Part shown: positions 31,259-43,615 of the stretch, one piece after another | Layout of the letters: every line of letters begins with the position of its first letter | How positions within the stretch are numbered: the first letter of the stretch is position 1 | Sequence record: MH051916 | Reading direction: 5' to 3' (one strand) | Source of the DNA: Enterobacteria phage vB_EcoM_IME340 | Length of the DNA: 64,000 nucleotides | Position numbers and translations under genes: made by a program | The notes under the pieces: generated by a model | Seen by the model: only the letters and a program-made list of their open reading frames with translations | The model's database searches: none | Told to the model about the DNA's origin: nothing

Positions 31259-32437
31259 ATGAGCACAGTTTTTAATACAAATCCAGTTGATGTTTTAAAA
31301 GAACCTATGTTCTTCGGATCAGGTCTTGGTATTGCGCGTTATGATATTCAACGTCATAAAGTTTTTGAAGATTTAACCGAAAAGCAGTTGTCATTTTTCT
31401 GGCGTCCTGAAGAAGTAAACTTAATGATGGATGCTGCACAATTTAACAAGCTTCCTCAGTATCAGCAAGATATTTTTACTAATAACCTGAAGTATCAATC
31501 ACTTCTAGATAGCATTCAGGGTCGTGCACCGTCTGCTGTACTTATGTCATTAATTTCAGACCCAAGTCTTGATACATGGGTTGCTACATGGACTTTTAGC
31601 GAAACTATTCACAGCCGTTCATATACTCATATCATGCGAAATCTTTATACTGACCCATCAAAGGTATTTGATGAGATTGTATTAGATGAAGATATTATGA
31701 AACGCGCTGAGTCCATTGGTCGCTATTACGATGATGTTCTTAAGAAGACCCGTGAATGGGAAAATGCTAAAGAATTTGTAGAACTAGCTAAAGAATCTCC
31801 TGATGCTGATTTTCGTTTAAATCGAGCTATTAAACAAGAAGCCGAAGCTAAACGAGCACTAATGAAATCTCTTTATCTTTGCCTTCATGTAATCAATGCA
31901 TTGGAAGCTATTCGTTTTTACGTATCTTTCGCCTGTACCTTTAACTTCCATAAGAACATGGAAATCATGGAAGGTAATGCTAAGATTATGAAGTTCATTG
32001 CACGTGATGAACAACTTCACCTTAAAGGCACCCAATATATTATTCGTCAACTTCAACTTGGTACTGATGGTGATGAATGGGTTAAAATTGCTCAAGAATG
32101 TGAACAAGAAGCAGTTGATATTTTCATGGAAGTTAACCGCCAAGAAAAAGACTGGGCAGTTCATTTATTTAAAGATGGCGATGTTCCTGGATTAAATACA
32201 AATAGCATGTGGAGCTTTATTGATTACTTAACTGTATCTCGTATGAAACAGTGCGGTCTTCCATGCCCAATTACCGATGCTCCGGTTAAACATCCATATC
32301 CTTGGATTCGTGAATACCTTAATTCTGATAATGTTCAATCCGCGCCGCAAGAAGTAGAACTGTCATCTTACCTTGTTGCACAGATTGATAATGATGTTGA
32401 TGATAAAGTTATGATGAGTTTTAAAAAATATTTTTAA
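31259..32437 (+). CDS. nrdB: ribonucleotide reductase small subunit (uninterrupted, no intron)
   Basis: 392-aa continuous ORF with di-iron/tyrosyl-radical motifs. Confidence 0.93.
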   Translation: MSTVFNTNPVDVLKEPMFFGSGLGIARYDIQRHKVFEDLTEKQLSFFWRPEEVNLMMDAAQFNKLPQYQQDIFTNNLKYQSLLDSIQGRAPSAVLMSLISDPSLDTWVATWTFSETIHSRSYTHIMRNLYTDPSKVFDEIVLDEDIMKRAESIGRYYDDVLKKTREWENAKEFVELAKESPDADFRLNRAIKQEAEAKRALMKSLYLCLHVINALEAIRFYVSFACTFNFHKNMEIMEGNAKIMKFIARDEQLHLKGTQYIIRQLQLGTDGDEWVKIAQECEQEAVDIFMEVNRQEKDWAVHLFKDGDVPGLNTNSMWSFIDYLTVSRMKQCGLPCPITDAPVKHPYPWIREYLNSDNVQSAPQEVELSSYLVAQIDNDVDDKVMMSFKKYF

Positions 32438-32464
32438 GGAGTGGGCCGCAAGGCCCATTTTATT

Positions 32465-34052
<1,588 letters not shown>

Positions 34053-34055
34053 GCT

Positions 34056-34085
34056 GTTTACAAGTCCCTCGTGTTGTGTTACAGT
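34056..34085 (+). promoter_or_regulatory. early promoter and conserved leader upstream of alc
   Basis: GTTTAC ... TACAGT; ~55-nt element repeated at 49733. Confidence 0.5.
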
Positions 34086-34116
34086 AGTCTTACTGACATA
34101 ACATGAGGACTTTATG

Positions 34117-34620
34117 ATGGATTTGCAGCTTATTACTACTGAAATGGTCGTTGAAGCATACGGTGATACTACAGATGGGATTTCTGTATTTAAAGGAAAT
34201 CGTCGAGTTGGATATATCACCGATCTTAAGAAAGATTTAGCTAAGCAAGTTAAGCGGAAAACGACCATCAAAGAATATCGAAATCGTCGTCTTGAGCAAG
34301 CTCGTGATATGCTTCCTGATGCGGTCGAGGAGATGAAAGTCTTTTTAGAAAATCAGCTTGTGAAATATGATTGTGATGTGTTCATTAATCAGACTCAACC
34401 TAATGTTCACATTAATAGCTGTAAATGCTACATCATCGTTAATCCTTTGACGGGAAAACATCGTCTTGGAATTAGTAATCCAAATCGTAGTGCATCAGAT
34501 ATGGCAGAAGATGTTGAGGCATGCTTTAAAATTTCTAAATCTCCAGCTGAACATCATATTTTAATTAACGGTCTTTCTCAAGACGATATTGTAGAGGTTA
34601 TTAAAACTTTATGCATGTAA
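34117..34620 (+). CDS. alc: Alc, inhibitor of host transcription on dC-DNA
   Basis: 167 aa from second ATG, as T4 Alc. Confidence 0.85.
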   Translation: MDLQLITTEMVVEAYGDTTDGISVFKGNRRVGYITDLKKDLAKQVKRKTTIKEYRNRRLEQARDMLPDAVEEMKVFLENQLVKYDCDVFINQTQPNVHINSCKCYIIVNPLTGKHRLGISNPNRSASDMAEDVEACFKISKSPAEHHILINGLSQDDIVEVIKTLCM

Positions 34621-34964
34621 GTAATTTTACAGCTGGATTGCTATTACTTGTAATAGCATTTGGCGGAACATCTATTATTTTAAAAAATAAGGTAGAAAGA
34701 TTAGAAACGTCGGTTACTGAAATTACAAAAACGGCCAATGAAAACGCTTTAGCATTAGATAATTTGCGAATTCAGTATAATTATATTGATGCGATGAATA
34801 ATAAAAATCGTGAGGCAATTGCTGCTATTGAGCGTGAAAATGAAAAACTGCGCAAAGATGCAAAGAAGGCGGATGTGGTGGCTCATAAGCCAGGATTGGT
34901 TGAAAAACAAATCAACAACTCCTTCAACAAGTTCGCAGAAGACATCCAGGACCTTTCTAAATGA
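34611..34964 (+). CDS. i-spanin (Rz-like; pseT.3 position)
   Basis: 117 aa, N-terminal TM helix then coiled-coil periplasmic domain. Confidence 0.6.
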   Translation: MHVSNFTAGLLLLVIAFGGTSIILKNKVERLETSVTEITKTANENALALDNLRIQYNYIDAMNNKNREAIAAIERENEKLRKDAKKADVVAHKPGLVEKQINNSFNKFAEDIQDLSK

Positions 34965-35260
34965 TTAAACTATCAGCAGTAATATTATCTATTGGTCTTC
35001 TAGTTGGTTGTTCGACAAAGCCTCTAGAAGTAAAGAAAGAAACAGTTCATCCTAATTGGCCTGTGCAAATAAAGTCATATGACGAAGCTAAACTATCTTG
35101 GCAAGTTAAAGTTATTGATGGTAAAGCTTGGGTCGGTATGCCATTTGAAGATTCCCAGGAATTTCGCATTTGGCTTAATGATGTAAAACGATATGTACAT
35201 GACCAGAAAACTATGATATGTTATTATCGTCAAGAGCTAAAAGAGGATAAATGTAAATGA
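34961..35260 (+). CDS. o-spanin lipoprotein (Rz1-like; pseT.2 position)
   Basis: 99 aa, signal peptide with lipobox LLVGC-S. Confidence 0.6.
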   Translation: MIKLSAVILSIGLLVGCSTKPLEVKKETVHPNWPVQIKSYDEAKLSWQVKVIDGKAWVGMPFEDSQEFRIWLNDVKRYVHDQKTMICYYRQELKEDKCK

Positions 35261-35483
35261 TTTCATGGCATCAATTTGAACATCTCAAAGGATTGATTTA
35301 TGAATCTGAGATGGCTGCAATGATTTATGGACGCCAGATTCAACGATTAGAATCTTTACCTCCAACTAATGATGTTTTATTAGCTCAATCTCGTGCTAAT
35401 CTTAAAAATGAATACCAAAATAAGTGGGGTAAAGCATCTAAAGACCTACATGATTATATTCAATCATTGGTTGAGAAAAATAA

Positions 35484-35487
<4 letters not shown>
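35257..35487 (+). CDS. hypothetical protein
   Basis: 76-aa coupled ORF. Confidence 0.4.
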
Positions 35488-36687
<1,200 letters not shown>

Positions 36688-36688
<1 letters not shown>

Positions 36689-36885
36689 TGGCTTTGCATC
36701 ATGAAACTTGGGCTATTGTTATTGTAAACAGTGGTTTAGTTGGTACTAGTAATGGGCAATTTTGTATATTCACTAGTGAATACAGAGCTTGGGAGGAATG
36801 TCTTAAATTAAGAGAAAAGAATCCTGATGTTGAACTAACAGTAAAGAAAACTAAACTGCCTTTACCATGGAAAACTTATGAATAA
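36688..36885 (+). CDS. hypothetical protein (cd.x region)
   Basis: 65-aa coupled ORF. Confidence 0.35.
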
Positions 36886-37078
36886 TCTAGAAAAGATTTA
36901 TCGTCTTTGTGATAAAATTGAAAAAGAAAAGAAATACTTATTTTGTCTATGGCCTATTGTTGACGGAAGAGTGGGTTTAGATGTTCTTGATTATGAAACA
37001 GAAGACAAAGTAGATGGTTCAACTTTTGATAATGCGTTGGATGTTATTGATTGGCTTGAAGAAAATTATGTGAGGTAA
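36878..37078 (+). CDS. hypothetical protein (cd.x region)
   Basis: 66-aa ORF. Confidence 0.35.
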   Translation: MNNLEKIYRLCDKIEKEKKYLFCLWPIVDGRVGLDVLDYETEDKVDGSTFDNALDVIDWLEENYVR

Positions 37079-37080
37079 AT

Positions 37081-37356
37081 ATGTTTCCGACTTATTCTAA
37101 AATCGTAGAAGTAGTGTTTAGTCAAATTATCGCTAATAACATGTTTGAAAAGCTTGATAATGCAGCTGAGCTTCGAATTCATGCTCAAGTGACTCACGTA
37201 TTGAACGCTTTGCTTCCAGACCAAGTTGATTCTATTGCAATTACGCTGTATCCAGGTTCTGCGCATATCATTGTCGTATTTGGTCTTGATGCTGAGCTAG
37301 TTATCAAAGGCGATATTCGTTTTGAATCGCAGACATCAGAATTCAAAGCAATTTAA
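37081..37356 (+). CDS. hypothetical protein (cd.x region)
   Basis: 91-aa ORF. Confidence 0.35.
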   Translation: MFPTYSKIVEVVFSQIIANNMFEKLDNAAELRIHAQVTHVLNALLPDQVDSIAITLYPGSAHIIVVFGLDAELVIKGDIRFESQTSEFKAI

Positions 37357-37418
37357 TAGTTTACTTTACGGTAGAGTTGTGATATTATAGCTCTACCAAA
37401 ACAAATGAGGAAATTGAA

Positions 37419-37946
37419 ATGAGCGAATGGTTTGAAGAAGGTAAGGTTTATCGCTTTAAAGCTGGATATAAAGATATTTTTAATGAAACTTGCGGGGCTA
37501 ATAAACGAATTGCCCAGTTTATTGGGGAAAATTCATTTAAAGTAAAAATAGATCCTGCGAAAAATGTTATTAGCATTAAACGCGAAATTGATGATTGTTG
37601 GTATAAAGCTGTTGATGTAATGGGTGAATCCTATAAAGTTAGCCCGTTATTTTCAATTGCTTATATGTTAGAATATTCTTTTTTCGAAGAAGTTCAAAAA
37701 GATGATTCTACAAGTAAATTTGAAATTAAAACTGATAAAGAAATTAAGTGGAAAGTAGTAGGTATTACTGGTTGTATGTTCTATATCTATGCTCAAACTG
37801 ATACGAAGGAAGAAGCTAAAAAGAAAGCTCTAGAATATCTTGAAGAGTATGAAGAAGGTCCGGTAATGATTACCCGAGATGCTGAATTAGTTTCTGTCAA
37901 ATTAGTTAAAAACGTTGAAAGTAAGGAGCTAGGATCAACATGCTAA
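37419..37946 (+). CDS. hypothetical protein (cd.x region)
   Basis: 175-aa ORF with early promoter and SD upstream. Confidence 0.45.
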   Translation: MSEWFEEGKVYRFKAGYKDIFNETCGANKRIAQFIGENSFKVKIDPAKNVISIKREIDDCWYKAVDVMGESYKVSPLFSIAYMLEYSFFEEVQKDDSTSKFEIKTDKEIKWKVVGITGCMFYIYAQTDTKEEAKKKALEYLEEYEEGPVMITRDAELVSVKLVKNVESKELGSTC

Positions 37947-38176
37947 GCGAAAAACCAATTACTGTTAAAGAATTTCAAGAAAAAGTTAAACTATTTGCTC
38001 AGGAATTGGTAAATAAGGTTTCTGAACGATTTCCAGAAACATCAGTTCGTGTTATTACCGAAACTCCTCGTTCAGTATTAGTAATTGTGAATCCAGGTGA
38101 TGGTGACCAAATAACACATCTTAAACTGGATTTTGATGGATTAGTTGAAGCACAAAGGGTGTATGGCGTACTATGA
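37940..38176 (+). CDS. hypothetical protein (cd.x region)
   Basis: 78-aa ORF. Confidence 0.4.
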   Translation: MLSEKPITVKEFQEKVKLFAQELVNKVSERFPETSVRVITETPRSVLVIVNPGDGDQITHLKLDFDGLVEAQRVYGVL

Positions 38177-38511
38177 TGAATTTAACTGATATAATTGATA
38201 ATTGTCTTGAAAATGATACTGGCGATCATAGAGCGCTTGATTCTGAAACAGCACAGTTCATTAGAATAACTTTAATGAATGATACTCTAGTGAATAGTAT
38301 TCATCCTTCTGTGTATGATGCTATTATTGTGACGAAGTATCCAGTTGAGCTTCACAAAAAGATGGCTGGTGCAATTTTCATTGATAAGAAAAACCGCTTT
38401 AAAGATGGGCAGAATATAATTAGTTCTGTTATTAAAAGTATAACTAAACTTCGTCACGAAATTTATCGTGTTGAAACTGCTAAATCTGCTTATCTGGTGA
38501 TTATGAAATGA
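38173..38511 (+). CDS. hypothetical protein (cd.x region)
   Basis: 112-aa ORF. Confidence 0.4.
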   Translation: MMNLTDIIDNCLENDTGDHRALDSETAQFIRITLMNDTLVNSIHPSVYDAIIVTKYPVELHKKMAGAIFIDKKNRFKDGQNIISSVIKSITKLRHEIYRVETAKSAYLVIMK

Positions 38512-39089
38512 AAGCGAGTACAGTACTTCAAATTGCATATTTAGTATCACAAGAATCCAAATGTTGCTCCTGGAAGGTAGGAGCAGTAATTGAAAAGAAT
38601 GGACGTATTATTTCTACCGGATATAATGGTTCGCCTGCAGGCGGTGTGAATTGCTGTGATTATGCTGCTGAGCAAGGTTGGTTGCTGAATAAGCCTAAAC
38701 ATACTATCATTCAAGGTCATAAGCCCGAATGTGTATCATTTGGTTCAACTGATCGTTTTGTCTTAGCGAAAGAACACCGTAGTGCTCACTCTGAATGGTC
38801 GTCTAAAAATGAAATTCATGCTGAACTAAATGCGATTTTGTTTGCTGCACGAAACGGTTCTTCAATTGAAGGTGCTACTATGTATGTAACACTTTCTCCT
38901 TGCCCAGATTGTGCAAAAGCGATAGCTCAATCTGGAATTAAAAAGCTGGTTTATTGCGAAACATACGATAAAAATAAACCTGGCTGGGATGATATTCTGC
39001 GAAATGCGGGTATTGAAGTGTTTAATGTTCCTAAGAAAAACTTGAATAAGTTAAACTGGGAAAATATCAACGAATTCTGTGGTGAATAA
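38508..39089 (+). CDS. cd: dCMP deaminase
   Basis: 193 aa; zinc-binding HAELNA...PCPDC motifs. Confidence 0.9.
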   Translation: MKASTVLQIAYLVSQESKCCSWKVGAVIEKNGRIISTGYNGSPAGGVNCCDYAAEQGWLLNKPKHTIIQGHKPECVSFGSTDRFVLAKEHRSAHSEWSSKNEIHAELNAILFAARNGSSIEGATMYVTLSPCPDCAKAIAQSGIKKLVYCETYDKNKPGWDDILRNAGIEVFNVPKKNLNKLNWENINEFCGE

Positions 39090-39325
39090 TGAAATTTCGT
39101 TTGGTACAACTCACAGCAATTAGTTCTTATTCCAACGAGAACATTTCATTTGCTGTAGAGTATAAGAAGTATTTTTTCTCTAAATGGAAGCAGTATTATA
39201 AAACTGATTGGACTAGTATTGATAGACCGTATAGTTGGAAATCTGATTTAGAAAAATGCCAAAAACTGCTTTCCACTCTTAAAGAACGTGGAACAACTCA
39301 TATTAAAACTGTGATAGGTAAATAA
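39089..39325 (+). CDS. hypothetical protein (31.x position)
   Basis: 78-aa ORF. Confidence 0.4.
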   Translation: MKFRLVQLTAISSYSNENISFAVEYKKYFFSKWKQYYKTDWTSIDRPYSWKSDLEKCQKLLSTLKERGTTHIKTVIGK

Positions 39326-39634
39326 ATGAAACTGACGACTGAACAGAAAGTAGCAATTCGTGAAATTTTGAAAACTAAATTGTCCATGGGTATTTCAAAC
39401 GTAGTTTTTGAAAAGTCTGATGGTACTATTCGTACTATGAAAGGTACTCGTGATGCAGACTTTATGCCAACCATGCAAACCGGTAAATTGACTGAATCTA
39501 CTCGGAAAGAATCTACTGATATGATTCCAGTATTTGATGTTGAGCTTGGTGCATGGCGAGGTTTTTCTATTGACAAATTGATTTCCGTTAATGGTATGAA
39601 AGTTGAGCATTTGCTTCAATTTATTGGTAAATAA
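39326..39634 (+). CDS. hypothetical protein (31.x position)
   Basis: 102-aa ORF. Confidence 0.4.
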   Translation: MKLTTEQKVAIREILKTKLSMGISNVVFEKSDGTIRTMKGTRDADFMPTMQTGKLTESTRKESTDMIPVFDVELGAWRGFSIDKLISVNGMKVEHLLQFIGK

Positions 39635-39660
39635 ATGCTTTAAGAATTATTTGTTATTAT
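39633..39660 (+). promoter_or_regulatory. middle promoter (MotA box) for gene 31
   Basis: AAATGCTTTA MotA box, 12-nt spacer, TATTAT -10. Confidence 0.5.
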
Positions 39661-39690
39661 TAATTCATCTGTTAACAAAAAGGAAAAACA

Positions 39691-40026
39691 ATGTCTGAAG
39701 TACAACAGCTACCAATTCGTGCTGTCGGTGAATTTGTTATTTTAGTTTCTGAACCTGCGCAAGCTGGTGATGAAGAAGTTACAGAATCAGGACTCATTAT
39801 CGGTAAACGTGTTCAAGGTGAAGTTCCTGAACTGTGTGTAGTTCACTCTGTTGGTCCTGATGTTCCTGAAGGTTTCTGCGAAGTTGGTGATTTGACTTCT
39901 CTTCCAGTTGGTCAAATTCGAAATGTTCCGCATCCTTTTGTAGCTCTGGGTCTTAAGCAGCCAAAAGAAATTAAACAAAAATTCGTAACATGTCATTATA
40001 AAGCTATTCCATGTCTTTATAAGTGA
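39691..40026 (+). CDS. 31: co-chaperonin gp31 (GroES analogue)
   Basis: 111 aa as in T4 gp31. Confidence 0.85.
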   Translation: MSEVQQLPIRAVGEFVILVSEPAQAGDEEVTESGLIIGKRVQGEVPELCVVHSVGPDVPEGFCEVGDLTSLPVGQIRNVPHPFVALGLKQPKEIKQKFVTCHYKAIPCLYK

Positions 40027-40173
40027 TATAAATAATAATATGAATTGGGTGTCGGAATAATAAGTTAACCGAACAATTCTACGTGGTAGTCTACAACTGA
40101 GAGATCTGTCGAAAGAAGATGAAATTCAGAAGAACGTGACTACCGAGTTTTAATCTCTAACGAGAATTTTTAA

Positions 40174-40422
40174 ATGATTAAACAATTACAACACGCTCTT
40201 GAACTGCAACGAAACGCATGGAATAATGGTCACGAAAACTATGGCGCATCTATTGATGTTGAAGCCGAAGCTCTTGAAATCCTGCGTTATTTCAAACATC
40301 TGAATCCTGCTCAAACTGCATTAGCTGCTGAGCTTCAGGAAAAAGATGAACTTAAGTATGCTAAGCCTCTGGCTTCTGCTGCACGAAAAGCAGTTCGTCA
40401 CTTTGTGGTAACACTGAAGTAA
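40174..40422 (+). CDS. rIII: rIII lysis inhibition accessory protein
   Basis: 82 aa as in T4 RIII. Confidence 0.8.
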   Translation: MIKQLQHALELQRNAWNNGHENYGASIDVEAEALEILRYFKHLNPAQTALAAELQEKDELKYAKPLASAARKAVRHFVVTLK

Positions 40423-40541
40423 TTATGTTGACGAGGTTTATGGTTATCCTGTCGGTAAATATTCAAAACCTAAGTACCCCTTGAGGGCTTTCGCAGGCAA
40501 TGCCAATAAGTCCTGCATTTTCATTTAAAAGAGAATTTATA

Positions 40542-40718
40542 ATGGCAAAACAAGCTAAAGCAAAGAAAGCAGTTGAAAAGAAAGTTGGTGATTCTAAACG
40601 CGCTGGTTACAAGCGTGGGTCGAACTCTCGTATCAATCAAACTGTTGAGAAGATCATGCGCCGAGCACGTGCGGTTCTTCGAGATGATGCTTCTCGTTTT
40701 GGTAAGCAGAAAGCATAA
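40542..40718 (+). CDS. small basic hypothetical protein (30.9 position)
   Basis: 58 aa from internal ATG; Lys/Arg-rich. Confidence 0.35.
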   Translation: MAKQAKAKKAVEKKVGDSKRAGYKRGSNSRINQTVEKIMRRARAVLRDDASRFGKQKA

Positions 40719-40721
40719 GTT

Positions 40722-40750
40722 GAGGACTCCTTCGGGAGTCCTTTTTTATT
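40722..40750 (+). terminator. intrinsic terminator
   Basis: GGACTCC-TTCG-GGAGTCC then TTTTTTATTTT. Confidence 0.7.
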
Positions 40751-40828
40751 TTCCAAAGATTGCACAAAGTTGTTTACAGTATGGTTCCTTTGTGATAGTA
40801 TTATCTTACACAAACAAAGGAGAATAAA

Positions 40829-41161
40829 ATGAAAACGATTAATCTGAACGCTGCGGTTAAAACTAAATGCTTCAATGGTAAATATGATGAAACTATGTGG
40901 TTCTTAATGGCAGTTGAAGGTGATATTGTTGAAGTAGAAACAACAGAAGGTATGGGAACAGATTTCACCTTTACAATTCAAGTTCATAATTTCTTTACTG
41001 GTTGGATTTATGAATTGAATACAGTAATCGTTGGAAAAATTGAACAAAATGAATTAGGTGAATGGTATTATGTTACAGCTCGCCAACGTGCCGAACGCTT
41101 AATTGAGAAGATGAAAAAAGTTGGTAAACTTGACATGCAGCACTGGAAAGTAGTAAAATAA
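40829..41161 (+). CDS. hypothetical protein (30.8 position)
   Basis: 110-aa ORF, early promoter and AAGGAG SD upstream. Confidence 0.4.
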   Translation: MKTINLNAAVKTKCFNGKYDETMWFLMAVEGDIVEVETTEGMGTDFTFTIQVHNFFTGWIYELNTVIVGKIEQNELGEWYYVTARQRAERLIEKMKKVGKLDMQHWKVVK

Positions 41162-41216
41162 TTGTTTACTTTGGTACAGGATATGATATTATATACCTGT
41201 ACCGCAATTAAACATC

Positions 41217-41594
41217 TTGGAGAATAAAATGAACTACATCAACTTTGAACGTAAATATGTTTCTAACGGTATTGCAGGTTCTATTGATACTATCTGCCTT
41301 TGGAAACATCAAAATGGATCAGTATGCGAAATTGAACAATATATGACTCCTAACTACGTTTATATGCGATTTGAAAATGGCATCACGGTTTCAATCACGA
41401 AAGAAGGTTCTTCTTTTAAAATCGCATTAGATGATGATTTCCGTCAACGTGATTTAGGTACTCATCCTTGTTGGAATGGCGTCAATCGCAAGCTTCTGGT
41501 TAAAACTTGGATTCGTCATATTCTGAGTAACAGAGCTAAACCTGAGCATCTTGAAGCAATCTTTGATGTAGTTCTTAATGAATTTGATATTTAA
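41217..41594 (+). CDS. hypothetical protein (30.7 position)
   Basis: 125-aa ORF. Confidence 0.4.
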   Translation: MENKMNYINFERKYVSNGIAGSIDTICLWKHQNGSVCEIEQYMTPNYVYMRFENGITVSITKEGSSFKIALDDDFRQRDLGTHPCWNGVNRKLLVKTWIRHILSNRAKPEHLEAIFDVVLNEFDI

Positions 41595-41634
41595 AATAAA
41601 ATAGGGGCTTCGGCCCCTTACTGAGGAAAATACT

Positions 41635-41922
41635 ATGTTTATGACTACTTATTTTGATACTCGTAAAAATTTTTGCGAAGTAGTTTTCTCTAAGGCGCCT
41701 AAAGACCTTCCTGCTCATTTGCAGCCTACCAGTGAATCGATTAAAAACTATGTTAATGCAGTCTGCCCTTTAGAGTTCCGTACTGTAAATGGGCGTGATA
41801 CTCTAGCTATCGCTAAACTCAATCGTGAAATTGACATTGACCCTTCAATTGCGCGTGAAATTAACATTTCTGATATTGACGGCGGTAATGTTAAATCGCA
41901 TGGTTTTCAGATGAGGTTCTAA
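41635..41922 (+). CDS. hypothetical protein (30.6 position)
   Basis: 95-aa ORF. Confidence 0.4.
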   Translation: MFMTTYFDTRKNFCEVVFSKAPKDLPAHLQPTSESIKNYVNAVCPLEFRTVNGRDTLAIAKLNREIDIDPSIAREINISDIDGGNVKSHGFQMRF

Positions 41923-42119
41923 TGAAATTCTTTTTGGGTCAAACTGTTGAATTAAAGGGAGTCGGTATACCTGGATTAATTTCTAAGGTTCTACCTCCAT
42001 TTAAATGGAGTGGTATTCAAATAAAAGAGGCTTATATTGTTTCCTGGGTAGATGGAAATGAAGACCTTCGTATGGGTGATGAATTATCTCCTATCTATGG
42101 ATTAAAGGAATTAGTATGA
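41922..42119 (+). CDS. hypothetical protein (30.5 position)
   Basis: 65-aa coupled ORF. Confidence 0.35.
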   Translation: MKFFLGQTVELKGVGIPGLISKVLPPFKWSGIQIKEAYIVSWVDGNEDLRMGDELSPIYGLKELV

Positions 42120-42322
42120 ATATAATTAATAAGATTTTTGGAATTCAGTACATTAAGGTCACATATAAAGTAACGTATAAAGGTCCGTATACCGATGAAC
42201 ATGAAGAACCACAAGTTAAGTCTATTATATTAGAAAAGGACCCTAACTGGCCAGTTGAATTTCGTCTTCCTTGCTATGGTCATTGGGCTGATGTTGAAAT
42301 TATAAGTATTGAAAATGTTTGA
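42116..42322 (+). CDS. hypothetical protein (30.4 position)
   Basis: 68-aa coupled ORF. Confidence 0.35.
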   Translation: MNIINKIFGIQYIKVTYKVTYKGPYTDEHEEPQVKSIILEKDPNWPVEFRLPCYGHWADVEIISIENV

Positions 42323-42773
42323 GCTAGAGATAAGAAGTAATTTTAGATGGCCATCATGTGCATTAAGTAATTTCGCCCAATGGCCTTTTGTTATGGATGG
42401 TATCCAATTTGGAGGTCTCGAAGGATTCCTCCAAGGATGTAAGGTGAAAAGTGTTGAACAGCAAAGACGTATATTTGGGATGTCTGGGCTTGCCGCCCAA
42501 CAAGCTGGAAGGTCTTATGCTAGAGCTCAGGACCGTGGCACGTTGTTCTGGCTTGGAACACCATTTTCAAGATACTCTCCAGCGTGGAAAGAATTATACA
42601 CAAATGCATATTTTGAAGCAGCGATCCAAAACAGGGGTTTTCGTGATGCATTACAAGCCTCGAAAGGAAAAGTTTTGAAGCACAGCATGGCTAGTGGTCT
42701 AACAAAAGATGATACAATACTAACCGAAGCTGAATTTATTGATGTGTTAAACCTATTAAGAGACTCTCTATGA
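42309..42773 (+). CDS. NADAR / YbiA-like domain protein (30.3 position)
   Basis: 154 aa; LSNFAQWPFVMDGIQF resembles the YbiA/NADAR signature (FSNFAAWP..DG). Confidence 0.55.
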   Translation: MKMFELEIRSNFRWPSCALSNFAQWPFVMDGIQFGGLEGFLQGCKVKSVEQQRRIFGMSGLAAQQAGRSYARAQDRGTLFWLGTPFSRYSPAWKELYTNAYFEAAIQNRGFRDALQASKGKVLKHSMASGLTKDDTILTEAEFIDVLNLLRDSL

Positions 42774-43615
42774 AGCCAACTATTTTGACTGATATTGATG
42801 GAGTATGTTTAAGCTGGCAATCAGGCCTTCCTTATTTTGCTCAGAAATATAATCTTCCATTAGAACATATTTTAAAAATGATCCAAGATGAGAAATTTAT
42901 TTCTCCAGGTAAACTCTTTAATTGTGACGAAGAACTTGGCGTCAAGTTAATTGAAAAATACAATCGTTCAGATTTTATTCGTTACTTGTCTCCGTATAAA
43001 GATGCCCTGTGTGTAATTAACAAATTAAAAGAAGATTATAATTTTGTAGCTGTTACAGCATTGGGTGATTCTATTGATGCTCTATTAAATCGTCAATTTA
43101 ATTTGAATGCTCTTTTTCCTGGTGCCTTTTCAGAAGTAATGATGTGTGGTCATGATTCTTCAAAAGAAGAGTTGTTCAAAAAGGCAAAAGAGAAATATAA
43201 CGTAATTTGTTATATTGACGATCTCGCTCATCACTGCGATCATGCGAGTGAAATATTAAATGTTCCTGTTTATTGGATGGCTCGAGGAGAACGTGACAAT
43301 ATTCCAAAAACTGCTCAGCGAGTTTATACATGGAATGATGTAGAAAATAAGCTTTTTTCACCAAAGGAAAATAAAGAAAGTTTTGATAGTGAAAAAGCTA
43401 TAAAAGATGTAATTGAGAAGATGGTTAAAAACGATTCTTTTCCTTGGAATACTACCTGGAGAACGCCTGGATTTAATCCTTATAATCCATATTATCTATA
43501 TCATCCATATCAGACACATCCGTTTCAGACATGGAACTATATTAAACCTGGTGGCATAGAGTATTTGTATAATAGACCTACTAGTGGTGATAATATTTTT
43601 CAAGGAGCATTCTAA
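42770..43615 (+). CDS. HAD-superfamily hydrolase-like protein (30.2 position)
   Basis: 281 aa; N-terminal ILTDIDGV HAD motif I. Confidence 0.5.
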   Translation: MKPTILTDIDGVCLSWQSGLPYFAQKYNLPLEHILKMIQDEKFISPGKLFNCDEELGVKLIEKYNRSDFIRYLSPYKDALCVINKLKEDYNFVAVTALGDSIDALLNRQFNLNALFPGAFSEVMMCGHDSSKEELFKKAKEKYNVICYIDDLAHHCDHASEILNVPVYWMARGERDNIPKTAQRVYTWNDVENKLFSPKENKESFDSEKAIKDVIEKMVKNDSFPWNTTWRTPGFNPYNPYYLYHPYQTHPFQTWNYIKPGGIEYLYNRPTSGDNIFQGAF

